The notes: a model not told the origin generated them from the letters alone. 64,000 bases of DNA from Candidatus Marinacidobacterium sp. (GCA_965204755.1 OZ242011.1:2080001-2144000); one strand, 5' to 3'. Positions 48,660 to 62,831 are shown, numbered from the stretch's first letter. Numbers and translations are program-made.

Positions 48660-49088
48660 CTACTCCATCAGGGCGAAGCCCAAGGTGGCGGACGCGACCG
48701 GCCGCCCGCCCGCGCTCGCGCCGGTGCGGAGTTCGCCGAGACGGCCGCGGACGCGGGTCACTTCGGCCGACAGGTCGAGGCGGGCGCCGAAGTCCACGCC
48801 GCCCTCCATCGCGAAGTCGTCCACCGAGCGGAACAGGACGACGGGTTTTTCGGCGCGGCGCTCGTAGAGCATGGTCACGCCGCCGAGTTGCGCCATCGCC
48901 TCGATCACGATCCCCGCCGGGACCTGCGGCTGCCCGAGCGTGTAGGGGTGGTCCGGCGGGACGGTGACGAAACCCCGCGCGCTCTTCCCCGGAACGAGGT
49001 CGGAGACCCCGTGGAGGAACAGGAACGGCTCCCGGTGCGGCAGCACTTCGAGCACCGCCGCCCGGTCGAGCGTCAATCCGGTCGTCAT
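48660..49088 (-). CDS. FabZ-like hot-dog fold dehydratase
   Basis: LPHREPFLFL, IEAMAQ; lacks the GHFP motif; alternative start GTG 49127. Confidence 0.8.
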   Translation of the reverse strand: MTTGLTLDRAAVLEVLPHREPFLFLHGVSDLVPGKSARGFVTVPPDHPYTLGQPQVPAGIVIEAMAQLGGVTMLYERRAEKPVVLFRSVDDFAMEGGVDFGARLDLSAEVTRVRGRLGELRTGASAGGRPVASATLGFALME

Positions 49089-49123
49089 TTCCGCAAGCGC
49101 CTCCCCGGCGGTCGGGCCGCCGC

Positions 49124-50917
49124 TCACCCGGCGGCGAGCGCGACTTCCTCGTCGAACTGCAACTCGTAGAGGCGCCGGTAGATCCCGCCGGCCGCCAGCA
49201 ACTCCGCGTGCGTGCCGGTCTCCCGGATGCGGCCGCGATGCAGCACCACGATCCGGTCCGCGCCGCGGATCGTGGACAGCCGGTGCGCGATCACCAGACT
49301 GGTGCGGTTCTCCAGGACTCTCGCCAGCGCCGTCTGCACCGCGTGCTCCGTTTCCGGATCCACGCTGGAAGTGGCTTCGTCCAGAACCAACACCCGCGAC
49401 CGCCGCGCCATCACGCGGGCGATCCCGACCAGTTGCCGCTGCCCCTGCGAGAGCCCGCCTCCCCGCTCGCCGAGCGGGGTTTCCAGCCCCTGCGGCAGGT
49501 GGCGCGCCCAGTTCGCGACTTCCGCCGCCTCCGCCGCGCGGCGGGCGGTCTCTTCGGTGATGGACTCGTCGCCCAGCCGGATGTTGTCGAGCACGCTCCC
49601 GGAGAACAGGTGCACATCCTGCTGCACCATGGAGAACTCGCGCCGCAATTCCTCCAGCGGCCACTGCTTCACATCGCGCCCGTCCACCCGCACCGCGCCG
49701 CGCTGGACATCGTAGAGCCGGAGCAGCAGCGCGGCGAGCGTGGTCTTGCCGGACCCGGTATGCCCCACCAGCGCGACCGTCTCGCCGGGCGCGATGCGCA
49801 GTTCGATGTCCCGGAGCACCCAGTCTTCCTCGTCGTAGGCGAACGAGACGCCTTCCAGCGCGAGCGAACCGTGCCGATGCGCCGGCGCCAGCGCGTTCGC
49901 GCGGGTGGCGATCTCCGGTTCGGTGTCCAGCAGGCCCACGATGCGTTCCGAAGCGGCGAGAGCCCCCTGGAGGATGTTGAACTTCTCGGTCAGGTCGCGG
50001 ATCGGCCGGAAGAACATCTCGGAATACATCAGGAAGGCCACCAGCCCGCCGACGGTGAGCGTCCCGGTGGAGATCCGCGAACCGCCGTAACCCACGATGA
50101 CCGCGATGGTCACCGCGGTGATCATCTCCACCACCGGATAGAAGATCGAGAAACAGAGCACCGTCTCCAGGTGCGCGCCGGTGTGCTCCCGGTTCAACTT
50201 GCGGTATTCCCGCGCCCGCCGCCGCTCCTGCCGGAACAACTGCAGCACCTCCATCCCGGTGAGCGTCTCCTGGATGAAGCCGTTCACGGCGGAGACGGCG
50301 GCGCGAACCCGGCGGAACGCCGGACGCACCCGCCGCCGGAAGATCCACCCGGCGGTGAAGAGCGCCGGCACCGCCGCGAAAGTGACCAGTGCGAGTTGCC
50401 AGTTCATCCACAGCAGCGCCGCCATGATGCCGACCAGCAGCACCACATCGGTGATGATCATCACCACGCCGGAACTCAGCAGTTCGTTCAGCGCGTCCAC
50501 ATCGCTGGTCGCGCGGGTCACCACCTTGCCGATCGGGTTCCGGTCGAACCAGCCGGTATGGAGTTTCTGGATGTGGTCGAACACATCCCGGCGGATGTCC
50601 CGCATCACCCGCTGCCCGAACAGGTTCACGATCCACGCCTGCCCGTAGGCGGCGGCGAAACCGAGCGCCAGCATCGCCGCGTAGAGCCCGAGGATGCCGG
50701 TGAGCCCGGCGATGTCCCCGACCGCGATGTGGTCGTCTATGGCGATGCGCGTCAGGTACGGCCCGGCGAGTTGCGCCCCGGTGTTCACGAGCACAAGCGC
50801 CACGCCGACGGCGACGAACTTCCAGTAGGGCAGCAGGTACGGCAGCACCCGGCCGAGCAGTTTCCGGTCGGTCTTCCGGGACACGCCGTCCTCGGCCGGC
50901 GGAGCGGGCGGGCTCAC
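49124..50917 (-). CDS. ABC exporter, fused permease/ATPase (heterodimer subunit B)
   Basis: GHTGSGKTT, LSQGQRQ, LDEATSSVD, IAHRLST. Confidence 0.93.
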   Translation of the reverse strand: MSPPAPPAEDGVSRKTDRKLLGRVLPYLLPYWKFVAVGVALVLVNTGAQLAGPYLTRIAIDDHIAVGDIAGLTGILGLYAAMLALGFAAAYGQAWIVNLFGQRVMRDIRRDVFDHIQKLHTGWFDRNPIGKVVTRATSDVDALNELLSSGVVMIITDVVLLVGIMAALLWMNWQLALVTFAAVPALFTAGWIFRRRVRPAFRRVRAAVSAVNGFIQETLTGMEVLQLFRQERRRAREYRKLNREHTGAHLETVLCFSIFYPVVEMITAVTIAVIVGYGGSRISTGTLTVGGLVAFLMYSEMFFRPIRDLTEKFNILQGALAASERIVGLLDTEPEIATRANALAPAHRHGSLALEGVSFAYDEEDWVLRDIELRIAPGETVALVGHTGSGKTTLAALLLRLYDVQRGAVRVDGRDVKQWPLEELRREFSMVQQDVHLFSGSVLDNIRLGDESITEETARRAAEAAEVANWARHLPQGLETPLGERGGGLSQGQRQLVGIARVMARRSRVLVLDEATSSVDPETEHAVQTALARVLENRTSLVIAHRLSTIRGADRIVVLHRGRIRETGTHAELLAAGGIYRRLYELQFDEEVALAAG

Positions 50918-52761
50918 AGCCGCGACAACTCCTCTTCCAGCATCTGCCGCCGGTACATCGCGGCGTAGAGGCCGCCTTCGGCGATGAGTTCGTCGTGCGT
51001 TCCCTGCTCGGCGATGCGCGTTCGCCCGCGTTCGTCCGCTTCGAGCAGGTAGATGCGGTCGGCGTCCATCACCGTGCTCAACCGGTGCGCCACGATGACG
51101 GTCGTCCGTTCGCGCGAGGCGCGGCGCACCGCTTCGAGGATGTGGGACTCGGTCTCCGAATCCACCGCGCTCAGCACATCGTCGAGCACCAGGATGGAAC
51201 TGTCCGGCAGGAGCGCCCTGGCGATGGCGGCGCGCTGCCGCTGCCCGCCGGAGAGCGTCACGCCCCGTTCGCCGACGACGGTGTCGTAGCCGGCGGGGAA
51301 ACCGGCGATGTCCGTGGCGAGCCCCGCTTCGTCGGCGACGCGCTCGATGTCCGCCTCCGGCGCGTCCGGACGGCCGAACGAGAGGTTGTCCCGGAGCGGC
51401 AGCGAGAAGAGGAAACTGTCCTGCGGGACGAACCCGATCGAGGTGCGCAGGTCGTCCAGCGGGATCTCGCGCACATCGCGGCCGCCGATCCGCACTTCGC
51501 CCGCCTGCGGGTCGAAGATGCGGGGAATGAGCCGCGCCACCGTGCTCTTCCCGCTGCCGGTGCGCCCGACCAGCGCGACCGTCTGCCCGCGTTCGATGGT
51601 CAGGTTGAATCCGGAGAGCACCGCGGGCGCTTCGGCCCCGTTCGTTTCAGCCCCGTTAGTTTCCGCCCGGTTCGTTCCGGCGCCGTTCGACTCCGCGCCC
51701 GCCGCGTTCTCGCCGACCGCCGGCCGCGGGTAAGCGAAGTCCACCTCGCGGAACTCGATCGCGCCGTCGAGCCGTTCCGGTTTCGCCGCGGTCCGCGCCG
51801 GCGCCGCCGTCGGGGATTCGTCCAACACCGCCGCGAGGCGCTTCATGGACGCCGCGCCGCGCTGGTGGATGTTCACCACCCAGCCCAGCGCGATCATCGG
51901 CCAGGTGAGGTAGCCGTAGTAGAACAGGAACGCGACGAGTTCGCCGACGGTGATCGCCCCGGCCGCGGCGAGCCGCCCGCCGAACACGAGCGTCGCCGCG
52001 AGCCCCAATCCGATGAGCGAGAGGAGCAGCGGGAACAGCGCCGCGCTCACCGCCACCAACTTCATGCTGAGCCCGGCGTAGGCCTCGTTCTCCCGCGCGA
52101 ACACCCGGCGCTGCGCGTCCTCCTGCGCGAACGCCCGCACCAGGCGCGCGGCGGAAGCGTTCTCCTGCACCACCGCGGAGATGTCGGCCATCTTGGCCTG
52201 CACCTTCTCGGACCGGCGGAAGATCTTCGCGCCGAGCACCTTCATGAGCACGGACACCACCGGCATGACGGCGAGGGTGATGAGCGTGAGCCGCGGACTG
52301 ATCGCCAACATGAATGCGAAGCAACCGACGGTGGTGATGACGGTTTCGACGGGATACATCACGCCGGGCCCCAGCACCATCCGCACCGCGTTCATGTCCT
52401 GCGCGCTGCGGGAAAGGAGGTCGCCCACCCGGTAGCGCGCGTGGAACGACGCCGGCAGCCGCTGGAGGTGCCCGTAGAAGTCCCGCCGCATGTCGTATTC
52501 CGCGTAGCGCGAAACCCCGATCAGGTACCAGCGCATGAAGTAGCGGAAGACCGCCGAGCCGGCCGCCGCGGCGACGATGTAGCCGCCGAAGGTCCACAGG
52601 TATTCCGTTTCCCCGGCCTGCAGCGCGTCTATGGCGCGTTCGAGGACCTGCGGGACGATGAGGTAGAAGACCCGGCAGAGGAACAGCGCGACCAGCCCGA
52701 AGGCGATGCGCCCCCGGTACCGGGCGAGATACGGCCACAGGCGCCGCCAGAGATCGAGCAT
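50914..52761 (-). CDS. ABC exporter, fused permease/ATPase (heterodimer subunit A)
   Basis: GRTGSGKST, LSGGQRQR, degenerate LDDVLSAVD; MdlA/YheI-like. Confidence 0.93.
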   Translation of the reverse strand: MLDLWRRLWPYLARYRGRIAFGLVALFLCRVFYLIVPQVLERAIDALQAGETEYLWTFGGYIVAAAAGSAVFRYFMRWYLIGVSRYAEYDMRRDFYGHLQRLPASFHARYRVGDLLSRSAQDMNAVRMVLGPGVMYPVETVITTVGCFAFMLAISPRLTLITLAVMPVVSVLMKVLGAKIFRRSEKVQAKMADISAVVQENASAARLVRAFAQEDAQRRVFARENEAYAGLSMKLVAVSAALFPLLLSLIGLGLAATLVFGGRLAAAGAITVGELVAFLFYYGYLTWPMIALGWVVNIHQRGAASMKRLAAVLDESPTAAPARTAAKPERLDGAIEFREVDFAYPRPAVGENAAGAESNGAGTNRAETNGAETNGAEAPAVLSGFNLTIERGQTVALVGRTGSGKSTVARLIPRIFDPQAGEVRIGGRDVREIPLDDLRTSIGFVPQDSFLFSLPLRDNLSFGRPDAPEADIERVADEAGLATDIAGFPAGYDTVVGERGVTLSGGQRQRAAIARALLPDSSILVLDDVLSAVDSETESHILEAVRRASRERTTVIVAHRLSTVMDADRIYLLEADERGRTRIAEQGTHDELIAEGGLYAAMYRRQMLEEELSRL

Positions 52762-52785
52762 CTGTCGTCGGCGCCGCCCTTCGCC

Positions 52786-53373
52786 TCAGTCCCCGTGCCG
52801 CGCGCGCAGCGGCGGACACAGCCGCGCCATCAGGATCATCCGCTCCAGGAAGTCGAGCCATTCGGAGGTTTCGGCGGCCAGCGCCGCGCCGCCCGCCGAC
52901 CCGGGCACGGGACAGGCGGCGCCGAGTTCCGTCGCGGCCTTCTCCCGGTACACCGAGAGCGGCCGGTCGCCGAACCGCCCGATCTCGTGGAAGTCCTCGG
53001 TGAGCGCGACGGCCACCGGCACCCGCATCGCCCCGAGCACCCGCAGGTGGTCGCGCAGTTCCGGGATCGCGTCCCGGTCGAGCACCCGCAGTTCCAGCGG
53101 CGGCCCGGCGGCTTCCGCCAGCCGCGCGAGCACCGGAACCGACCGCGAACAGTCCCCGCACCAGATCCCGCTGAGACAGAGCACCCGCACGACCCGCCCC
53201 GCCGGGTCGAGCCTCTGCGCCGCGTCCTCGGGCAGCGCCGGGACCGCGGCGTCCGCCCGCTCCCAGGCCCGCCGCTCCCGCGCATCCCCGGTGGCGAGGT
53301 AGTCGGGGTAGGCCGCCGCCTCGCCGAAGGCCCGGCGATAGAGCGACGCCCGCAAATCGAAGTAGTCGGACAC
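52786..53373 (-). CDS. Thioredoxin-family protein
   Basis: LSGIWCGDC, LRVLDRD, GAMRVPV; start GTG 53373. Confidence 0.82.
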   Translation of the reverse strand: MSDYFDLRASLYRRAFGEAAAYPDYLATGDARERRAWERADAAVPALPEDAAQRLDPAGRVVRVLCLSGIWCGDCSRSVPVLARLAEAAGPPLELRVLDRDAIPELRDHLRVLGAMRVPVAVALTEDFHEIGRFGDRPLSVYREKAATELGAACPVPGSAGGAALAAETSEWLDFLERMILMARLCPPLRARHGD

Positions 53374-53428
53374 CGGCGAACCGGGGATTATCGCGCCCCG
53401 GGGCGGTTCCGGGGCGGCGGGGCGCGGC

Positions 53429-56343
53429 CTACAGCAGCGTCCGCCGCCCGCCCTGCTCCTCCCGCGCCAGCCGCGCAATTTCCGGCCACGACCGCACGAG
53501 GGCGTTGTAGGGCCGCGCATCCGCCGGCCGCTTCTGCCGGTCGCACACGGCGTAGAGCAAGTGCGCAAGCGCCCGCGCCGTCTCGGCTTGCCCGCCGATC
53601 TTCCGCAGCAGTCGCGCGGCGGCCACCTCTCCTTCGGCGTCAAGCACGCGGATCAGGTGATGCACCATCTCCCACACGGTCAAGCGTCGGTCTGTGGCGG
53701 GGTCCCAGTCTTCGGGCAACTCCACCGGCTTGAGCAGCCGTACACGACCTCCGCTCGCGCGAAGGATCCCTGCCTCGACCAACCCTTCGATGCCGATGTT
53801 CTTCGCCTTCGCCAGAATTTCCGCTCCGCCGTAGTCCCCCTCATCGAAGTGGTGCTGAATGAACCAAGCCAACGCCCACCGGGTGTCGCTGTCGAACTCG
53901 GCCTCATGCTCCGAGAGAGTCGCGTCCAAGACTTCGTTGACGACAGCCAGCGCCTCGCCGACGGTCATCTTTTCTCCCGAGGAATAGAGAACCTCGGCGT
54001 AGCGGGTAAAGACCGCCATACCCGGCCCGATGGCGGCTTGGGCCAAGTCAACCGGCGCGATGCCCGCCTTCTGAAGGTCGATAAGGGCCGGAGGCAGTTC
54101 GTGCTCGAGAGCATCACGGAATTCTCGCCATGTCGCGGTCGGCGCGTCTGGCGACCGCCGCCGACAGGCGAGAACGATGCTCGATGCCAAGGCATTTGCT
54201 CCTGCAGCGACCGTGCGGTACGTCTGCTCCGTCCTTAGGGGAAGGGTCCCCGTGATCTGGAACCCAGAACGGATGACAGCGTCCAAGAAAGTAGCCCATC
54301 CTTTGCTCACGATACCGACGCCCTTCTTGGTTTCCGATTGCTTGAAGGCGTAGTAGATCGTCGTGGGAAACGCGGGGTGCGTTCCGTTCGACAACAGAGA
54401 CAACACTTCCTCCATGCCATCCATGAAGAAGATATCCGCCGCCCTTGTATCGCCGTGTCGATACGGAGTTGCCACGAGTTCTTCCAACTTCGGCACAGCA
54501 AGTGTCGCGAATAGATCGGGAAACACTTCGTTCGCAGAACGTCGCAGCCAGACATAGAAGAAATCTGAGATATCCGCATAGCCGATGTTGTTGTAGTAAG
54601 GCGGATCCGTCGAAACGACTCGGCCGGGTTGAAGGCTTACTGTTCGCGCGTCTTGTTGCCAGGCCTCGGCTTTGTTTGGAGGTGGTGTCGGGCCGACAAG
54701 TTTCTTGGCGCAATCAGCGATGAAGTGGATGGCAGGAACAAGGCCGCCGACTGCTACCTCAAGCGGCGCTGTTTCAGCGAAGCCCCATGTCATGGCAATC
54801 GCTTGTTTGCTGAAGAGGTGCATAACCTTCTCATTGCCAGCGAGCCAACTCGTACCTGTATTGCCGAAGTCGGCACATCGATCTACGGCGAGCGCCAGAT
54901 AGACCGATACGGCGTCGGCGTAGGCAGATGGCCCGGTGCCGCCTTCGTGCAATGGGCGCGAATCTACGCCGCCTGTCTCTCTCTCTCTCTCTCTCTCTCT
55001 ACGGACATCGCGTCCTGATGCACCTTTTCGCGGGCCTCACTTACCAAGTCGGAGAAGGTCGTAAGCGCCGTCAACTGCCGCTCCGTGAACAGGTCGGCCC
55101 AAGTGAAGACACCGTAACCACGCCCGCTCACGAGGTTCGTCGTGACCCGGTTCATCGGCTCGTCCGGTCGCCAAGCGGGGGAGGCCATCCGGGCGGTCTC
55201 CTCCTGGTCCGCCGAGGGTGGCAGATAGACCCGCTCCCGGTCGCCCTCGGCCACGATCGCCATCAGACGCGTGCCCATGCGGCCAGCCATACTTTCTGCC
55301 TTGATGAAGTCGGGCGACATCGGCGTGTCCGACATCACGCATTCGAAGCTGGCACCCCGGCCGATTTTAGTACCCGATCTCGCCGAGTCCGGAGGGGAGC
55401 CGATTCGAACCGCGAACCGGTAGTGCCTTCCCTCGATCACAGGCTCCACCCAAGCCTCCTTGCCCTTCTTGGTTGAGAGCATGAAGTTGGAAACGAGTGG
55501 GACCTCGACATCGGCGAACGCCGGATTCGGACTGCGCACCGTTCGCGCCCACAGCCAAGCGATCACCGCCAAGTTCCGATTAATGTAGCGCTCCAAGTCA
55601 GGCCGCTTCCCCGCGATCTGCTGCGTGACTCGCACGTTCGGATAGAGATGCCCGATGCGCCGCTCCGCTTCGTCACGCATCCACTGTCCGTAGAAGCGCA
55701 CATCTTCGGAGAGTCCCATCGTGCCCTTCCAGTCCTTTACCGTGAGCGCGGCCCTACGGGACTCCGGGTTCACCGGCGGACGCCTGGAGAACTTCGGCGG
55801 GATCTCGATCATCGCCTTGTTGATGAGCACCGCTACCGGGTTCAGATCGCTCGCGTGGGCCTCCAGACCGAGGCGCTGCGCTTCCAGCGGAATGGCACCG
55901 CCTCCAGCGAACGGATCGTGGAACACCGGCAATCGCTCTGCGGCGAATAGCTCCGCTGCCCTCGGATGGTCAGCATTGTCCGCGCAGGTCCTCCGCCAAC
56001 TCCTCCGGATCTCTTCCCGCGCCAGATCCAGCAACGCCGTGCTCGTCGTGTTCTCCCACTTCACGAGTTCCCGAAGTATGCCGAACAGCCGTTCCCGCTC
56101 CGCGTCCTGCTCCTCCTTGGTCGGGAACAACTCCGGCCGGGACGACGGATCGTCGACGAGCTGCGCAAACAGCACGGCTCGCGCCGCCGCCAGTGGCTTC
56201 CGGGACCACCACTGGTGCAGTCCACGAGGATGCGGTCCGATCCCAGGCATCTTCTCGTAGGATGCAGCCCGATTGATGTCATCGAGCGGCAACGCCACTT
56301 CGATGAGTTTCCGAACGGTCTTCACTGCGGGATCGCCGCCCAT
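53429..56343 (-). CDS. DUF1156-family amino-DNA methyltransferase, frameshifted in a (GA)12 tract
   Basis: 5' ORF: [36 protein letters not shown]; 3' ORF: [27 protein letters not shown]; break lies at the repeat. Confidence 0.88.
54976..55000 (-). repeat. Dinucleotide SSR, (AG)12A on the coding strand
   Basis: Direct count of the tctc run, 25 nt. Confidence 0.95.
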
Positions 56344-56353
56344 CCCGGATCGT

Positions 56354-56935
56354 TCAGCCGACCGCGGACGCACTGAACAACGCGATCATGTCCTTCTGGG
56401 ACTGCTCAAGTGGCAGAAGGGAGGAATCGCGCGGATAGACCTCCACGTCGTCCCACAAGTTTGCGGGAACATAGGTCGCCATCCCAATCCTCTTCCGCGG
56501 GTTCCGCCCCCGGAGTTCGGACAACAGGGCAACCGCCTCGAACAGGAAGACCGATGCGATCACCCACGGTCGAGTCTGTCCGCGCGAGGCCACTGGCGCC
56601 GCCGGTGACCCGGTCATCACAAAGTAGTAGTCCGGCCCATCCTCCTTCTTCAAGTCGAGCAGGCGCTCGTGTCGCGTGTAGTACTTGACGTTCACGGTCT
56701 TCCCGTCAAGAGTCCCTCCCCGGAACGCGCCGTCGAATCCTTCCTGCGTCGCGCTCCCGCACAACTCGATGCCGAAGATCTGCGCCGCCACGAACTCCCC
56801 GAAGTGTCCCGGCAACGCCGGCCGCTCGATGATCTTCGCCACCCGGCGGTCCGCGGCGTTCTTCTTTCGGACCATTTCACCCAAGAGCCGAAGAGATCGG
56901 TGACCGCGTTTGCGGCCGCTGCTCGGCAATGACAC
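56354..56935 (-). CDS. Hypothetical protein, possible PD-(D/E)xK nuclease fold
   Basis: [12 protein letters not shown]...GFDG...TVNVKYY pattern; start uncertain. Confidence 0.6.
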   Translation of the reverse strand: MSLPSSGRKRGHRSLRLLGEMVRKKNAADRRVAKIIERPALPGHFGEFVAAQIFGIELCGSATQEGFDGAFRGGTLDGKTVNVKYYTRHERLLDLKKEDGPDYYFVMTGSPAAPVASRGQTRPWVIASVFLFEAVALLSELRGRNPRKRIGMATYVPANLWDDVEVYPRDSSLLPLEQSQKDMIALFSASAVG

Positions 56936-56944
56936 GCGTACTCC

Positions 56945-57457
56945 CTACGGTGCGAACAGACTTGCCGAAGCGGGTTCGCCGGGCGTCACGATGCGAAGGA
57001 GTGGACGATTCGGGTTCTCGAACAGCAGGTCGCGTATCGGATCGCTAGGCAACTTGTCGTCCAGCGATAGGAGTCGTTTGTCGAAAGTCTCGAACAAATG
57101 ACAACCCGTGTCGAGTGCCGCGGCGAGATGCGCTGCGTCTCGCGGATGGATTCCGAAATCCCAGCAGATGAGTTGTGAGATCGCGGCGATGTCTTGGTCG
57201 ATGTCTCTCCAGAGCAGATGGTCGCGCCGAAAGAACGCCTGAACCTTGTCGCGTACTTCCATCGGCATGGGCACGGGGGAGCCCGGAGGACGTACGACCT
57301 CGATCTGCACGAGCGGAGACACGCAGATCGTGGTTTCCCCTGCGTCGGCGAGATCGAGTATTCGCTGGCAGGCCGGGGCTGTGGGTTCATCGTTCAGCAG
57401 GCTCAGAAAGCAGGGAGAATCCCAGTACCGCAGGATCGCGTGTTGCAAGTCCGGCAT
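56945..57457 (-). CDS. PIN-domain (VapC-like) ribonuclease
   Basis: YWDSPCF, SPLVQIEV, PRDAAHLAAAL, FETFDKRL; TGATG-coupled to upstream ORF. Confidence 0.85.
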   Translation of the reverse strand: MPDLQHAILRYWDSPCFLSLLNDEPTAPACQRILDLADAGETTICVSPLVQIEVVRPPGSPVPMPMEVRDKVQAFFRRDHLLWRDIDQDIAAISQLICWDFGIHPRDAAHLAAALDTGCHLFETFDKRLLSLDDKLPSDPIRDLLFENPNRPLLRIVTPGEPASASLFAP

Positions 57458-58241
57458 CAATCCGACCTCACATATCGAGCCCACTCCTCGAGGTCTATGG
57501 GATCGTCAGCGAGCAGACCGCGAAGGTCCTCCGCCCGAGGCGACCGCTCCGTGCTGAGCGGACGGAGGGATGTCGCCGAGGCCAAGCGCCGGCCCAGAGA
57601 ATCGCGAACGATCTCGCCGTGAACCACGACACGCTTGCCGAAGAGCCGGGCCGCCTCCGTCAAGAGTTCCGGAGAGCATCGGCACTCGATCCGCTCTCCG
57701 GAGATCTCGTCGTGCACGGCCAACATGCCATGGATCGTCATCATGTCCAAGGTGCCGCGGACGGAGCCGATGGCTCGCCAGCGGGGTCGGCGGAGCTCGT
57801 CCAAGTTGGCGGTGATCCGATTGGTGATTGTTACCGAAGGCTCCCCGAGACTGACCCCCTCGGAAAAGATTTGGAGTCTGGCCGAGCCCCTATCGGTGTG
57901 GGCCGCGAGTCTTCGGACAGCGCGGAGCGCGGCCTCGCTGAAGAACTCGGGGCGCGATGCCGCGCGCTCCATCTCCCGGAGGCCCGAAAGCGTTCGCGCG
58001 ATCGTGCGCGATGCATCTTCGACCGCGTCGCCAGCAGGCGGAGAGCGACGAGGCCGCTTCCGTGCTGGAGGCCGATGGGACTCCAAGTGATGCTCTGCTC
58101 GATCGACACAGACCGACCTACCTCCCGGAGAAGGACCAGGAGCGACCCGCCGGCCTCGAAGAACGCCTCGGCGGAGATGCCGGGCCGGTCAGGGCGCAGA
58201 CCGATGGTCGGCACTGCGTCGGCGGGCTGGAGAGTGTTCAC
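57457..58241 (-). pseudogene. Frameshifted paralog of 58238-59080 (putative PIN partner)
   Basis: N-terminal VPTIGLR...ITWS in one frame and C-terminal IGSVRGTL...IECRC...EDLRGLLADDPI.EWARYVR in another; shift near 58040. Confidence 0.7.
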
Positions 58242-59080
58242 GACGGCTGGTCAGCGGACGGGGCCGGAGGGACATCGGATTCTAGGCACGATTCGTCCGC
58301 GGGGTTGAAGATCCACTTCTCTCTCACATACCGCGACCATTCGGGAATCGAGATCGGATCGTCCTTCAGGAGACCGCGCATGTCTTCGACTTGGGGAAAA
58401 GGACCGTCTCCCAGAAGGTCGAAGGATTCGACGAGCACCTTCGCCACCTCGCCGTCCGTGCCGTAGCGCATCTCCCCGGTCGCGATCATCCGCTTTCCCA
58501 AGTGCGCCGCCGCTCGGTCGAGCGTCTCGCGGTCGCACCGGCATTCGACCCGCGAGCCCGTCAAGGCGTCGTAGATGAAGAAGGCGGTTCGTCCGTGGAC
58601 GGTCAGCCCTTCCATCCGCCCCTCGACCGAACCGATCTCGGTGCCGGGAGGGCGCGCCAGCCCTTCCGCGTGCGCGGCAGAGCGCGCCGTTACGAAGACC
58701 TCGCGTTCGCCGGATGCGTCTTCGGCCCGCACTTCGATTCGAGCATCCGCGGCTCGGGCCGCGCCGCCGAGCGTCCGCGCCCGCCGTAGGGCGCGCCCTT
58801 CCGCTACCAAGATGGGTTTCGGCGACTCCTCCAACTGGCGAAGATAGGAGAGAACCTTGCCGATCGTCGCGGCGGCGTGTTCCCGGTGTCCGGGCTCGCG
58901 GGCTTCGAAGGCGACGGAGGCGACGCGAGAGTCCGAGCGCGCGACGCTCCAGACGATCTTCGTCTCCGGCCGGCGCGACCGCTCGAATGCCCTCACCAGT
59001 TGGAACAGGGCCCGCGCCGCCCGGAGGAAGACCCGCGCCGGGATTTCGATCCGGTCGAAGCGCAAGCCGATCGTGGGCAC
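58238..59080 (-). CDS. Hypothetical protein with OB-fold-like C-terminus (putative antitoxin)
   Basis: IGSVEGRMEGLTVHG..FFIYDALTGSRVECRC...EDMRGLLKDDPI.EWSRYVR; TAGAAT -10 at 59144-59149. Confidence 0.7.
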   Translation of the reverse strand: MPTIGLRFDRIEIPARVFLRAARALFQLVRAFERSRRPETKIVWSVARSDSRVASVAFEAREPGHREHAAATIGKVLSYLRQLEESPKPILVAEGRALRRARTLGGAARAADARIEVRAEDASGEREVFVTARSAAHAEGLARPPGTEIGSVEGRMEGLTVHGRTAFFIYDALTGSRVECRCDRETLDRAAAHLGKRMIATGEMRYGTDGEVAKVLVESFDLLGDGPFPQVEDMRGLLKDDPISIPEWSRYVREKWIFNPADESCLESDVPPAPSADQPS

Positions 59081-59255
59081 GGTGTCTCGATGGTGAAGAG
59101 CAGCCGACCCGGAGACGCTCCGAGAGCGACCGGGTGGGCGAAGATTCTATCGGCGGCTGTCGGGCGCCCCCGCTGGGCCTACGCCTACGCCGCCTGCCGC
59201 AACCGAGGCAGGGTCGGGGTGGTGCGGGGCGACCGCCCCCGTGGGCGAGGCGTAC

Positions 59256-62831
<3,576 letters not shown>

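Noticed and set aside
51625-51715. 15-bp degenerate tandem repeat (AETNG)n in the ABC ATPase
   Set aside because: In-frame low-complexity loop insertion with no switching potential
53429-54952. Treating the 507-aa ORF as an independent gene
   Set aside because: TTG start without RBS; it is the C-terminal half of the DUF1156 methylase and lacks the SAM-binding motif
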